Shown piece by piece: positions 1 through 9,698 of a DNA stretch of 64,000 bases. How positions within the stretch are numbered: the first letter of the stretch is position 1; the number at the start of each line of letters is the position of its first letter. The position numbers were made by a program, and so were the translations under genes. Location of the stretch: positions 1,295,823 to 1,359,822 of the forward strand of contig OZ240229.1 of the NCBI GenBank assembly GCA_965197805.1. The letters are read 5' to 3'. This stretch comes from Dehalococcoidia bacterium. Lineage in GTDB: Bacteria; Chloroflexota; Dehalococcoidia; Lucifugimonadales; JAAXIE01. The notes under the pieces were generated by a model. It worked only from the letters and a program-made list of their open reading frames with translations, did not search any database and had not been told where the DNA came from.

Positions 1-36
1 ATAGGTGTATGATTCCAGACAATACCCGCTTGGGAG

Positions 37-1467
37 GTGGCAATGGAAGCCTGGGTCGTCCGCAGCGGCGGGATAACTGAGCCGGATATCTCGGACAAGT
101 TTGAGGCCAATTCGGTTGCTGCGATAGACTACGGGTTGGGCGACGTGTCGCGCGCCCGCAGCCCCCAAGAACTAGAGAGCATACTTCGAAATGACAATCC
201 AGATTTGAGCGAGAGACAAAGGAGACAGATTGCTCTGTTCCTGTTTGACGTCGACTTAGAAGACTGGATAGTTACGCCACCGACAGGCAGGCGAGGCGAC
301 GTTTTGATAGGACGCTGTCAAGGACCCTGTGAGTACTGGCCCGAGTGGATGTCTGGAGAATACACACAGACCAGAAAGGTAACTTGGCTAAAGAGGTTGC
401 CTCGGTCCGCATTTCCAGAGAAGCTGCTAAACTCGCTCAACGGTCAGGGAACCGTATTCAAAGTCAGCAAGCATTTGGACACCATAGTGGATCTTCTCGG
501 AGAGTCCGTGGCCGATGACGTAGCTCCAATGATTAGTCCTGCGGAACCGTACGACATGTGGTCACAAGACAATGTAGATGCCCTAACCAAGGAGCTTCTT
601 TGGGAACCTCACCATCTACAAGGAATCATCGATGACCTGCAAGAGAAGCGGCAGGTAATCTTTTACGGGCCTCCGGGCACCGGCAAGACTTATGTGGCCA
701 AACGCCTCGCAGAACATTGCCTGGAATCCGGCGGCGACTTCGAGATTGTCCAATTTCATCCATCCTACTCCTACGAGGATTTCGTCGAGGGATATCGCCC
801 TCGGCTCTTTGAAGGCCAGCCTGGATTTAACCTTGTGGAAGGACCTCTGAAGCGCATCGCCAAACAGGCCGCGGAGAACCCAGAGTCCACCTTCATTCTG
901 GTGATAGACGAGCTCAACCGGGGCAACGTTGCCAAGGTTTTCGGCGAGCTGTACTTCCTGCTGGAATATCGTGGCGAGGAGGTCCGGCTCCAATATGGTG
1001 AAGGTGGAAAGCGATTTAGCCTGCCTCCCAACCTCTGGTTCATCTGCACGATGAACACCGTGGACCGGTCGATTGCACTCATGGACGCGGCCTTGCGTCG
1101 TCGGTTCTACTTCGAGCCTTTCTTTCCGGCCGAGCCGCCAATCAAGGGACTGCTCAGACGTTGGCTGGACAAGCAGGGTTGGGATAACTGGGTCGCGGAC
1201 TTGGTCGACTTGACCAACAAGAAACTGGAGCGTGATATGGGGATAGGCCCCAGCTACTTCATGGACACCGGCAGATTTCTGGACGAAGAACGCGCCCGCC
1301 GCATCTGGGAACGAGCGGTCATGCCCTACGTCGAGGAGCAGTTCTATGGAGACGACGCGAGGCTGAGACAGTTTGAATTCGACCGTCTGAAACGGGAGCT
1401 GGACGGTGCTTCTTCATTGGACGATACATCGACCATGGTAGACGATGCAGACTCTCACGCTGAGTGA
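37..1467 (+). CDS. mcrB: McrB-like AAA+ GTPase, motor subunit of a McrBC-type (type IV, modification-dependent) restriction system, with an unassigned ~200-aa N-terminal domain
   Basis: 476-aa ORF. P-loop 'FYGPPGTGKTY', McrB signature/Walker B 'FILVIDELNRGNVAKVFGELYFLLEYR', and 'CTMNTVDRS..DAALRRRF'. The McrC-like ORF overlaps its 3' end by 23 nt. Confidence 0.85.
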   Translation: MAMEAWVVRSGGITEPDISDKFEANSVAAIDYGLGDVSRARSPQELESILRNDNPDLSERQRRQIALFLFDVDLEDWIVTPPTGRRGDVLIGRCQGPCEYWPEWMSGEYTQTRKVTWLKRLPRSAFPEKLLNSLNGQGTVFKVSKHLDTIVDLLGESVADDVAPMISPAEPYDMWSQDNVDALTKELLWEPHHLQGIIDDLQEKRQVIFYGPPGTGKTYVAKRLAEHCLESGGDFEIVQFHPSYSYEDFVEGYRPRLFEGQPGFNLVEGPLKRIAKQAAENPESTFILVIDELNRGNVAKVFGELYFLLEYRGEEVRLQYGEGGKRFSLPPNLWFICTMNTVDRSIALMDAALRRRFYFEPFFPAEPPIKGLLRRWLDKQGWDNWVADLVDLTNKKLERDMGIGPSYFMDTGRFLDEERARRIWERAVMPYVEEQFYGDDARLRQFEFDRLKRELDGASSLDDTSTMVDDADSHAE

Positions 1468-2662
1468 ATACGAGCCTCAATCTGTCAATGTCCCCCTGGA
1501 CAAGGGCCAGTTGCGGACGCTGGCGGAAGCACATATCGTCGTAGCCCCGTCGACGACGGAGGGTGAGACATACACTCTCACGCCATCGTCTTATATCGGG
1601 GCGCTGAGTGTCGGCGATCTGGCCGTGCTGGTGCGCCCCAAGGTACCCATCGACAGGGTGATGTTTCTCGTCGCCTACGCACTCGATCCCCAGGACTGGC
1701 GAAAATACCCCTTCGGCCTGCAACCGGAGGCCGATGTTCTGGAAGCCATCATTCCGGCCTTCGTGCACCACACACGTCAAGCCATAAAACGTGGTCTGCT
1801 GCGGTCGTACAAGCGCGAGGAAGATGCGTTGCCAACAGTTCGTGGTCGTATTCGATTCGACGACCAGATCAACCGGCGGTACGGCATCCCACTGCCTCTG
1901 GAGGTGGTGTACGACGAGTTCACCGAGGATATCGAGGAGAACCGGTTGCTGAAAGCGGCGCTGTATCGGCTGGTCCACATGCGGGTGCGGTCGCCACAGG
2001 CCCAACGCGATGTCCGCGCCCTTCGCCCCGCGTTCAACGAGGTCAGCCTTGGCGCGTACCGCAAGGGCAGGCTGCCGATAGTGCAGTATACGCGCCTTAA
2101 CCAGCACTACCGTCCGGCGGTGGAGTTGGCGCGCCTGATCATAGAAAACTGCAGCCTCGAACTCATTCATGGGAAGGTCGTTGGGGCGTCCTTCTTGCTG
2201 AACATGAATCAGGTGTTCGAGAAGTTCATGTTCACCGCGTTGCAAGAAGCACTGGGGCTGTCTGAGAGTGAGTGGCGGAAAGACCGCCTAACATTGGACG
2301 AAGCGGACAACATCAATCTCGAGCCGGACCTCTGTTGGCGGCGGGATCAACGCTGGCTGTTCGTAGGCGACGCCAAGTACAAGCGCCTCACGCCAACCGG
2401 ATTCCCCAATGCCGACATCTACCAAATGCTGGCCTACTGCACGGCCGCCAACCTGCCATCGGGCCTGCTGGTGTACGCGAAAGGTGAGGCGGCTTCCACA
2501 CGCCACCGGGTCAAGTACGCTAACAAGACGATCGAAATAGCGTCCCTCGACCTGCAGGGCCAGCCGGAAGCGATTCTGGCGGAAGTCGGGAGTCTTGCCA
2601 AACGTGTGAGGATGCACGCGATGAGCGGGCTAGCAGTCAGCCCGGTAGGGAGCCGCCCGTAG
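1445..2662 (+). CDS. mcrC: McrC-like PD-(D/E)xK nuclease subunit
   Basis: 405-aa ORF overlapping mcrB. C-terminal nuclease core 'EPDLCW...LFVGDAKYK'. Size and position match McrBC operons. Confidence 0.8.
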   Translation: MQTLTLSEYEPQSVNVPLDKGQLRTLAEAHIVVAPSTTEGETYTLTPSSYIGALSVGDLAVLVRPKVPIDRVMFLVAYALDPQDWRKYPFGLQPEADVLEAIIPAFVHHTRQAIKRGLLRSYKREEDALPTVRGRIRFDDQINRRYGIPLPLEVVYDEFTEDIEENRLLKAALYRLVHMRVRSPQAQRDVRALRPAFNEVSLGAYRKGRLPIVQYTRLNQHYRPAVELARLIIENCSLELIHGKVVGASFLLNMNQVFEKFMFTALQEALGLSESEWRKDRLTLDEADNINLEPDLCWRRDQRWLFVGDAKYKRLTPTGFPNADIYQMLAYCTAANLPSGLLVYAKGEAASTRHRVKYANKTIEIASLDLQGQPEAILAEVGSLAKRVRMHAMSGLAVSPVGSRP

Positions 2663-2950
2663 CAGGTCGTCGGCGACCTCCAGCTCGACGGGCGGGTGGG
2701 TGTACTCGATGGCTTCGCGCATTTGCTGGGAGGCGGTGGGGTCGGCTTCGGTGGGTTGGCTGCGAGCGAGCCAGTGATCGCGGGTGGGCCATTGGGCTAG
2801 TGCGTAGAAGTCGCCGTCTTGAGAGCGCATGAGGCGGGATCCGAGGCTGCCTTTGTGGCGGTAGATGGCCTCGGTGGCGCGATGCCATGCGTCGCGGAAC
2901 TCGTCTTTTTTGTTTTCTTTGACACGCCAGCGATAGAGAACTGCGAACAT
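2630..2950 (-). CDS. ABM (antibiotic biosynthesis monooxygenase)-like small protein
   Basis: 106-aa ORF 'MFAVLYRWRVKENKKDEFRDAW...GSLGSRLM..DGDFYALAQW', the typical ABM-domain pattern. Convergent 33-nt 3' overlap with mcrC. Confidence 0.5.
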   Translation of the reverse strand: MFAVLYRWRVKENKKDEFRDAWHRATEAIYRHKGSLGSRLMRSQDGDFYALAQWPTRDHWLARSQPTEADPTASQQMREAIEYTHPPVELEVADDLLRAAPYRADC

Positions 2951-3023
2951 GTCAGCCGCCTTTCCGCTCTACTGGGATGTGGTAACTCCATGGTCATGGG
3001 GAGTCAGGGCACGCCCATCCTAA

Positions 3024-3044
3024 CCTTCCCCCTGAGGGGGAAGG
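3024..3044 (-). terminator. Hairpin downstream of the aquaporin gene (no U-tract)
   Basis: Perfect 9-bp stem CCTTCCCCC/GGGGGAAGG with a 3-nt loop, 23 nt after the stop at 3067. Member of a local CCTTCCCC/GGGGAAGG motif family. Confidence 0.3.
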
Positions 3045-3066
3045 GACGAGGGTACCCTTATTCATA

Positions 3067-3738
3067 CTAGCCTTGGGTACCCTTGCGGTTGTCGGCGCCT
3101 CGCAGCCAAGTGTAGACGAGCGACGCGGCCGCGGCTCCCACTACCGGTCCGACGATGTACAGCCACTGGCTGGTCCAAGTCCAGCCGACTAGCGCGGGGC
3201 CGAGAGAGCGGGCTGGGTTCATAGAGGCTCCGGCGATGGGGCCAGCGAAAGTAGACTCCAAGGCCACAGTCGCGCCGATGGCAATTGCGGCGATGTTGCC
3301 CTCGGCGCGGGCATCGGTGGCCACGGCCATGATGACGAACATCAGGAAGAAGGTGAGCACGACCTCCAAGCCAAGTGCTTGTGGGTCGTTCCCAGTAGGC
3401 AGAGTGGCCCCCATGTTGGCCACGTCACCCAGAATCGCGAGGAGGGTCAGTCCTGCGGCGGCTGCGCCTGCCAGTTGGGCGAGGATGTAGCAGGGGACTC
3501 GCTTCCAAGGGAAGTGGCGGCTGATGGCAAAGGCCAAGGTGACTGCCGGATTGATGTGTGCCCCTGAGATGTGGCCCGTGGCGAATATCATGGCCGCCAC
3601 GATCAGCCCAAAGGTGAGGCCGATCCCGAGGTGGGTCACCCGTCCGCCGCTGAGCTCGTCGACCATGATGGCCCCAGCTCCAGCGAATAACAGGCCGAAG
3701 GTGCCTATGAACTCAGCAACACAGGCCCTTATCAGCAT
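3067..3738 (-). CDS. MIP-family channel (aquaporin / glycerol facilitator)
   Basis: Two NPA boxes ('HINPAVT', 'SMNPARS') in a hydrophobic six-helix pattern. ATG at 3738 gives the usual N-terminus 'MLIRACVAEFIGTF'. The ORF stays open to a TTG at 3858. Confidence 0.9.
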   Translation of the reverse strand: MLIRACVAEFIGTFGLLFAGAGAIMVDELSGGRVTHLGIGLTFGLIVAAMIFATGHISGAHINPAVTLAFAISRHFPWKRVPCYILAQLAGAAAAGLTLLAILGDVANMGATLPTGNDPQALGLEVVLTFFLMFVIMAVATDARAEGNIAAIAIGATVALESTFAGPIAGASMNPARSLGPALVGWTWTSQWLYIVGPVVGAAAASLVYTWLRGADNRKGTQG

Positions 3739-3886
3739 CGGCGAGGCGCGGCCATGCGACTGTTCAGGATCCAGGCGTCTGTCCGGCTTGATTGGCCTCC
3801 GTAATACCGAGTTGCCCAGTAGTCCAAGCCGTAGAGTCCCGTCTAGGATACTTTGCAAAACCCCTTCCTCCTCGAAAGGGGAAGGT

Positions 3887-3947
3887 GGCTTTGTTCCAAA
3901 AACCTAGCTTGTTCCAATAATCGGCGAGTTGTTCCAAAAAAGCTAGC
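3887..3947 (+). repeat. Left-end array of three direct TTGTTCCAA-core repeats
   Basis: CTTTGTTCCAAAAACC (3889-3904), TAGCTTGTTCCAATAATC (3905-3922) and GAGTTGTTCCAAAAAAGCTAGC (3926-3947). The reverse complement of 3903-3922 matches 20280-20300 at 20/21 positions, with one extra A. Confidence 0.7.
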
Positions 3948-4634
3948 CCAGTTGACTAGTAGTGGGGGGCTGCAGAGAAGCATCTAGGCGTGACGGCACA
4001 AGGACGATATCTTGTCGACGCGGTAAGCGGTTGAGAAAGACGGCGCTCGACATGCGGGTTTTGGCCTACACCGAGGCTTTGTTGCACAATTCCAGCGTTT
4101 CGCAACAGCAGCTAGGTTTTGCGACAAGGCCAGCGGGCAGTACCATAACCTACCTGCCCCGCGCCCGGATGGATACGCGTGGCCAAATGCTTCTTTACTC
4201 TCCGGTATCTTGTACCACTCGCCACCTTCTGGGGGTATGGCGTAGGCGCGAATTGTCGGAACGGCATCGGGGGCAATTGCGTTGCAACTCGACCACTTGC
4301 CTGTTGGGGACTCCTCGGAGTCCGTCACGCGGTATTCTCGGATGGCCTTCTCCTGCTGCAGGGTCTCCCGGTCGCCCTACTGTTTCGGCAGTTCCATCAC
4401 CATCTCCAGCAGGGCTTTGCATCAGAATAGCCTCTTGCTGCAAAATACATCATCCTGCTACAAAATCCCCACCGAGGACATTGGGCTTCGCATCAAGACT
4501 TTCGGTTTATGGCACCCGATAAGGAGAGTTCGGAGGCCACACTCGACGGACTGGACTGGCCAGACGTGCTAGCTGGTCCTTCATCGGATAGCTAGCTGGC
4601 CGTAGGCGCGGTGGGCCATTAAATGTTCCTATGT

Positions 4635-5303
4635 TCACACTGTAGAGTGGTGGCCTACGCGAGCCCACAGGTGGGTAAGGCGGAAGGGCGAGATAGGGTA
4701 ACCGCGGACCAAGTCGTGTTCATATTCTGCGGTTGTTTCACCGTCACGGTGCCTGATGTCTAAGGGTGGAACAGACTCCGTAACAGCGATGGAGTTAATT
4801 CTAGTCAGCGCGTCATCCAGAAGAACCTTCTGCAAGTAGCCCACCATTGCGCCGCTTTGCATCCCCTTTCCATAACTATGATCTTCGTCGATGAAGCGGG
4901 CGATACCCGATCTAACGTACTCGCGGGCATATCTGGTGGCAGGATCGGTCAGCCGTTTGCACTCAACCACGAATTGCTTACAGGCATCGTTTTCATCCTC
5001 CGCGAGGTTGTCGATATAGGGCCAATAAATGTCGGGTCTTTTGAACTCTCGTGGAGTTTGGTGTAGGTCTGATGGTGCCGGCAGGTTACGACCGTCAAGA
5101 ACAGCCGGAGGAATGTGCGCTATATGCTGCCCGGCTCGATGGGACACGCGAATTAGAGTTTTGTACAATTCACGGTTGAGGCTATTCTCATCCGCATCCA
5201 GATATTGGTCGCCAAGCAACATCAAAGCTTCGCGCAGCAACTCTACGCAGGTCCTCACGTGGTCGCTCCAAAGGTCGATGGATGAGAATACTGGGCGTGT
5301 CAT
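4635..5303 (-). CDS. Small PD-(D/E)xK-type nuclease-like protein, putative restriction partner of the upstream MTase
   Basis: 222-aa ORF. 'RPDIYWP' is followed about 20 residues later by 'VVECKRL' (D...ExK core). Its start overlaps the MTase stop (ATGA at 5300-5303). Confidence 0.55.
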   Translation of the reverse strand: MTRPVFSSIDLWSDHVRTCVELLREALMLLGDQYLDADENSLNRELYKTLIRVSHRAGQHIAHIPPAVLDGRNLPAPSDLHQTPREFKRPDIYWPYIDNLAEDENDACKQFVVECKRLTDPATRYAREYVRSGIARFIDEDHSYGKGMQSGAMVGYLQKVLLDDALTRINSIAVTESVPPLDIRHRDGETTAEYEHDLVRGYPISPFRLTHLWARVGHHSTV

Positions 5304-8300
5304 AGCCTTCTGGCAGACATCAGTTGCGCGGCTGTCGCGTCAGCATCTTGCCAAGCTGCACTAGCACTCCATAAACGTCGCTCGTCACGCTTTACGATTA
5401 TGATCGATGTGTCAGTCACAGCTCGCACTGTGCCGTAACGCAACATTGATTGCGCTTGGGTTCTGTTCCATTCCACTCCGAGCCGATTCAATGCCGACCA
5501 CCAACCCTCGTCTCCCTCCTTATTCGGGAAGGGGAATCTATTCCCTTCACCGCCGAGGGTTTCAAAAACTACTGCGACCACACCTTCCACCGGCTCACGC
5601 CATATCCTCCAACTAAGTTCTCCAATAGCACGAAGCCTTTGGTTCCAAGCTCTAAGGAACACAATCAAGTACGGGTCCAGCCCTTCTTTACTGTGGGGGT
5701 CCAGGTCAGCTTCGGTACCTCGCACCGCGGCGATGTGAGCAACCGATTGAGTTGCGTCTGTACTCTGACTTACCCAGAAATCGGCCACTAGGCTACGCTC
5801 TGAGTCTGTGAGTTCGAAAAGGTCAGCCACCGCTTCGTCAACATGAGCCATATGAGCGGCAATACCATGTCTTGCGACTTGGTCACCGAGCGTGTTCATG
5901 TCGCGCAAGTCACCGACGGCCGTCCGAATCTTGCGAGTGGTTACGTCCCAGACTGCCGGCATCCGTGTTGGAAGTTCGAGTAGGTCCCCTGAGCGTACCT
6001 CGTCTGCCCAGGTTCCCCATGATCCAGACACCATATATAACCAATAACGCCCCAAGGACGACACAAGGGTCCCAAGAATGATCTCAGCCTGCCATGGTTG
6101 CAGATGGGTGAGAGAAATCCCGTATGTCGTATGGCGAAATGCAAAGGGTTCTGTTTCAAGCCTGGCATGTGGTCCAAATCCAGGGGACACCCCCCTGCGT
6201 ATTAGCAAGCGTTGTCCCCTGAACAGACGCTCGTCCGGCACAAATTTAACGCGCGATGGGACAGATTCAAACCACTCATCCTTGAGGGCTCCCCAAGAGT
6301 CGAATTTAACGAGGCTCCTCAAGTCGCGCAGTGTCATCGACGGCGAATGTCCTGTTGAGTCGTCCCCTCTCTGAAAACCGTAACCACAAAGCTTCTTGGA
6401 CTCCGTCCAATCGCGCAATTGGTCTTCGACCGCAAGGCGGGCCAAAAAAGCGTCATCACGCGGAGATCCGGCAGTATACGTTTTCCACAAATAGTCACGG
6501 GTACGTAATGAGGTTTGCACCACCATTTGCCGGTCCATACGCGCAAGTGCGGATGACCCACGTCTTCCGCGAGGGACGGGGCGAGCCGTTTCGTAGACGA
6601 CCATCCCGCTTCTTTGGTCTAGTGCACGACGAAACCGGACCAACATAAACGGAGCGACCCCAGTCTTAAAGAAATCTCTCCGGACATGGCTGAAGTTGAC
6701 TACGTGTTCAAGTTTCGCCTCTCCAAGCCACTGTTCACGGAATCTGCGAGACGTGGGCCTAGTATTTAGCAGGGCTTTCGCACTTATTAAGAGGGCAGCC
6801 ACCCCACCGGTCGCCAAGAGGTCTAAGGCTCGCCATAAGAAGAGCTGCGACGGACTTCGGTCTCCAATGGTACGATTGAGCCGAGAAGCCCACTGCTCTG
6901 CCTTAGACTTACCGCCTTTAAGTTCACTCCATGGCGGATTCCCAACTACAACGCCAAAGCCCTCTGTCGTCCAAGGCAATCCGTCCTGTTGCCCGGTATA
7001 ATGTTCGTTGTTCGAGGTATGTTCTCCCTGCCTGGGCGAGAAGGCGTCACCCACGACAAGCGGTGCCATATTCCGTCCCTGTTCTCCGCGCTGGTGGATT
7101 AGCCTAGGAAGAGGCCCGGCTTTCAGTATATCGTTTGGCTGTTGGTAATTCAGAAACGCGATGTATAGGCTGAAGGCAGCTAGCCTAATCGCACCTTCGT
7201 CGATGTCGCACCCTGCAATACGCTGCAATAGTAACTCTTGGAGACGGCCCCTAGTTAGGGGTCGTTCCAGTTTCAACATCTCGTGCCTTACTATTCGACG
7301 ATACGCTTCGACGAGAAAAATCCCTGACCCACATGCAGGGTCGCAGACGGTGGGCTCTTGCTCAAGGGTGTTGTCATCAAGTACGTCAGCAATAACGGAC
7401 CCAACCAATTCAGGAGGGGTATAATAGGCATCAGCTAACTTTTTGGTCACCTCCTCATGATGGAACAGTTCGTACATATTGGAAACAAGATCGGTAGGAA
7501 CAACACTAAAGTCATACGCCCAAAGGAAGAGCCTTTCTTGGTTAGCACTTATGTCCCCTTTCAGTAGGCTCTGGAGGAGGCATAGTTGTTCCTCAGTGAC
7601 AGCTTCGCGTTCGTCATTTTCGGCGATGAATAGGTCGCGGTTGAAGTGCCCAGCGAGTTGGTCAAATAGGGCGTAAGTAAGTTCTTTGCTCGCCAAGAAT
7701 CGAATGAAGTTACTTGTCGGACCAAAGTCTACTGGAGCCTCATTGACACCGACTCGATTGAGTGGTTCCGGAAGCTTCGACGCTACTTCATCAAAGTATG
7801 CATCGGTGAGAATGGTTCGGTCTTCGAGGTAACGGACAAGAATGGCACGCTCAATAAGGGTATGAGAGAGCCTACGAGTTAACCCTGCCGATACAAGGGC
7901 TGTAGTAGCCGAGCGGACATCACGCAACAGCTGTTGGTCGGCCCGTCCGGTTTGATTACCCATTTGAGGATGTTCAAACGTCACGCCCGATTCTAGGCGA
8001 GACCTGTGGAAACGAGAGAGCTGTTCTGCAACATCCGCCGCTCTTGTCACGACCTCTAGAGGCGTCAAAGGCCTCCTACTAACGCCGGGCGTCGTCGGAA
8101 GACTCGCGAGCGAATAGACACGAAGCTCGTCTCCAACTGCCAAGAACAGATATCGAGGCCGGGCAAGACTCCATGCTCGACGGTAGCAGTGGAGCACATC
8201 GCGTTCATCCGATTCGGCTGGTAGAGACGTAAAGACGAGAACCGGATCATCGTTCAGAAAAAAGACTCTTTCCGCCTTGACACGTGCGGCGAGCAACAGC

Positions 8301-8449
8301 CAGTCACCTACTTCGCGCCATCTAGACCGGTTGGAGTCAAAGGACGGGGCTTCCGTGGCTTCAAGTAACATGCCGCTGACTAAGTCAAGGTCGGCGTACA
8401 CACGATCAAGGAGTGGAGATGGTGGATAGGTGGAGGGCATTCTAGTCAT
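5300..8449 (-). CDS. Large gamma-class N6-adenine DNA methyltransferase (type IIG / Eco57I-PglX-like) with unassigned N- and C-terminal regions
   Basis: 1049-aa ORF with motif X 'AYYTPPELV', motif I 'DPACGSGIFLVEAY' and motif IV 'VVVGNPPWSEL'. The upstream helical region has 'FNRDLF'. The ~480-aa C-terminus is TRD-like. Confidence 0.8.
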   Translation of the reverse strand: MTRMPSTYPPSPLLDRVYADLDLVSGMLLEATEAPSFDSNRSRWREVGDWLLLAARVKAERVFFLNDDPVLVFTSLPAESDERDVLHCYRRAWSLARPRYLFLAVGDELRVYSLASLPTTPGVSRRPLTPLEVVTRAADVAEQLSRFHRSRLESGVTFEHPQMGNQTGRADQQLLRDVRSATTALVSAGLTRRLSHTLIERAILVRYLEDRTILTDAYFDEVASKLPEPLNRVGVNEAPVDFGPTSNFIRFLASKELTYALFDQLAGHFNRDLFIAENDEREAVTEEQLCLLQSLLKGDISANQERLFLWAYDFSVVPTDLVSNMYELFHHEEVTKKLADAYYTPPELVGSVIADVLDDNTLEQEPTVCDPACGSGIFLVEAYRRIVRHEMLKLERPLTRGRLQELLLQRIAGCDIDEGAIRLAAFSLYIAFLNYQQPNDILKAGPLPRLIHQRGEQGRNMAPLVVGDAFSPRQGEHTSNNEHYTGQQDGLPWTTEGFGVVVGNPPWSELKGGKSKAEQWASRLNRTIGDRSPSQLFLWRALDLLATGGVAALLISAKALLNTRPTSRRFREQWLGEAKLEHVVNFSHVRRDFFKTGVAPFMLVRFRRALDQRSGMVVYETARPVPRGRRGSSALARMDRQMVVQTSLRTRDYLWKTYTAGSPRDDAFLARLAVEDQLRDWTESKKLCGYGFQRGDDSTGHSPSMTLRDLRSLVKFDSWGALKDEWFESVPSRVKFVPDERLFRGQRLLIRRGVSPGFGPHARLETEPFAFRHTTYGISLTHLQPWQAEIILGTLVSSLGRYWLYMVSGSWGTWADEVRSGDLLELPTRMPAVWDVTTRKIRTAVGDLRDMNTLGDQVARHGIAAHMAHVDEAVADLFELTDSERSLVADFWVSQSTDATQSVAHIAAVRGTEADLDPHSKEGLDPYLIVFLRAWNQRLRAIGELSWRIWREPVEGVVAVVFETLGGEGNRFPFPNKEGDEGWWSALNRLGVEWNRTQAQSMLRYGTVRAVTDTSIIIVKRDERRLWSASAAWQDADATAAQLMSARRL

Positions 8450-8782
8450 TCACGGCTTCGCGGTTGTAGGGTCCGCAGCAGTGTGAATACGACTTTGCGG
8501 TCATATTCGGGAAGAACGCAAGGTCAAACGCCGAGCACACATTTAGTAGACACCCCGTACGGTGTCATCTGTGACTCGGGTATCTGCCGTGGCCTTGGGG
8601 GTGGTCCACGAGGGCCGCAAGCATCAGCTCCCCAATAGCTCGTTCCAAGCGCTCGGCTATCGTACCGTCCGCTTGACCATAAGCAATAATTGTAGTCTAA
8701 GCGTGGTGCTTATTGGGGAAGCCTATCACAGGGTTACGCCACTGTCGACCTGCGGAAACCGCCAGCGCCCCAGCTCCCCCGC

Positions 8783-9034
8783 CTACGCTACCGCCCGGAC
8801 CATCCAGCGCATCATCGCGGATTGTCCCGCCTTCACCCGCATAAGCACTGTAGCTAGAAAGGCCAAGCAAGACATTTGGGCGTGGAGGGTGATTTGACGC
8901 AACCCTCGCAGGCGGTGTCGCTCCAACCGGCGCGATTCCTTCACCGATTTGAAGACCCTCTCAATGGTGGCCAGGCGTGGATACGGCCGCATTGGTGCGC
9001 CAGAGGCTCCACACGTGGTGTGCGTCGCCATCAC
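8783..9034 (-). pseudogene. C-terminal remnant of an IS4/IS5-type DDE transposase
   Basis: 'ATIERVFKSVKESRRLERHRLRGLRQITLHAQMSCLAFLATVL' is the typical end of the DDE_Tnp_1 domain. No intact upstream ORF; the surrounding frames are broken. Confidence 0.6.
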
Positions 9035-9698
9035 GTGTGGAGAGTTCCGGGCACCGACCCGTTCTCTTATGTCGGGGACAGCACGGGCCAGCAGTTCCCG
9101 TAGGCCATGGTGCCCCTAATGCGGCTTGGCCTCTCCCAACGAATTGGCTATTGTGGCGAGAGGCTAGTGCCACTTTGGCGGTTTTGCCCCTGACTCCTAC
9201 GTTGGGTCCTCTTTCCAAAGCACACCCCGTGGCCGTAGCAATTAGTTGGACGGTTGTGCGGGTCTCAGGGAATTAGCGATGAATGTATTGCCTGATAAGA
9301 GCCCTATGAAACGCTGTTCGTTTAGGAAATAGAGAAGCTCCTTGAGGTCGCGGCGAGTGTTCGGCAAAGCAATCTTGTTGCTCTCCTATAACATTAGGTG
9401 AGCGGACAGCGTCGCAGGACAGGGCCTATTCCTACCGAGCACGCCGAGGGCCGGCCGCTTCAGGGATGACCGGGACCGTTCCTGCTGGTACGTCGTCTAC
9501 CAGAGTTATCGGATGAGGTTGTTGGCCGGTGCGGGAACGGCCAGCAGTGGAGGCGTCAGCGCTGTCTCCATCGCGCCATACCCGTAGTGTCGTTCCAGAA
9601 AGGCATCACGGTAGCAGGTCTTGCTACGACATTTATGGGGTATCTACTCTAACCAGTGCGGGGCGGGGCCCGGTTCACGCTGCGCAGCATGACCCCTC

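Noticed and set aside
3962-4572. Several overlapping 80-190-aa ORFs at the left end of the candidate transposon
   Set aside because: They are mutually exclusive frames with odd composition. The most protein-like minus-strand frame ('...QQEKAIREYRVTDSEESPTGKW...YAIPPEGGEWYKIPE') is interrupted by a stop. It is probably a decayed gene remnant.
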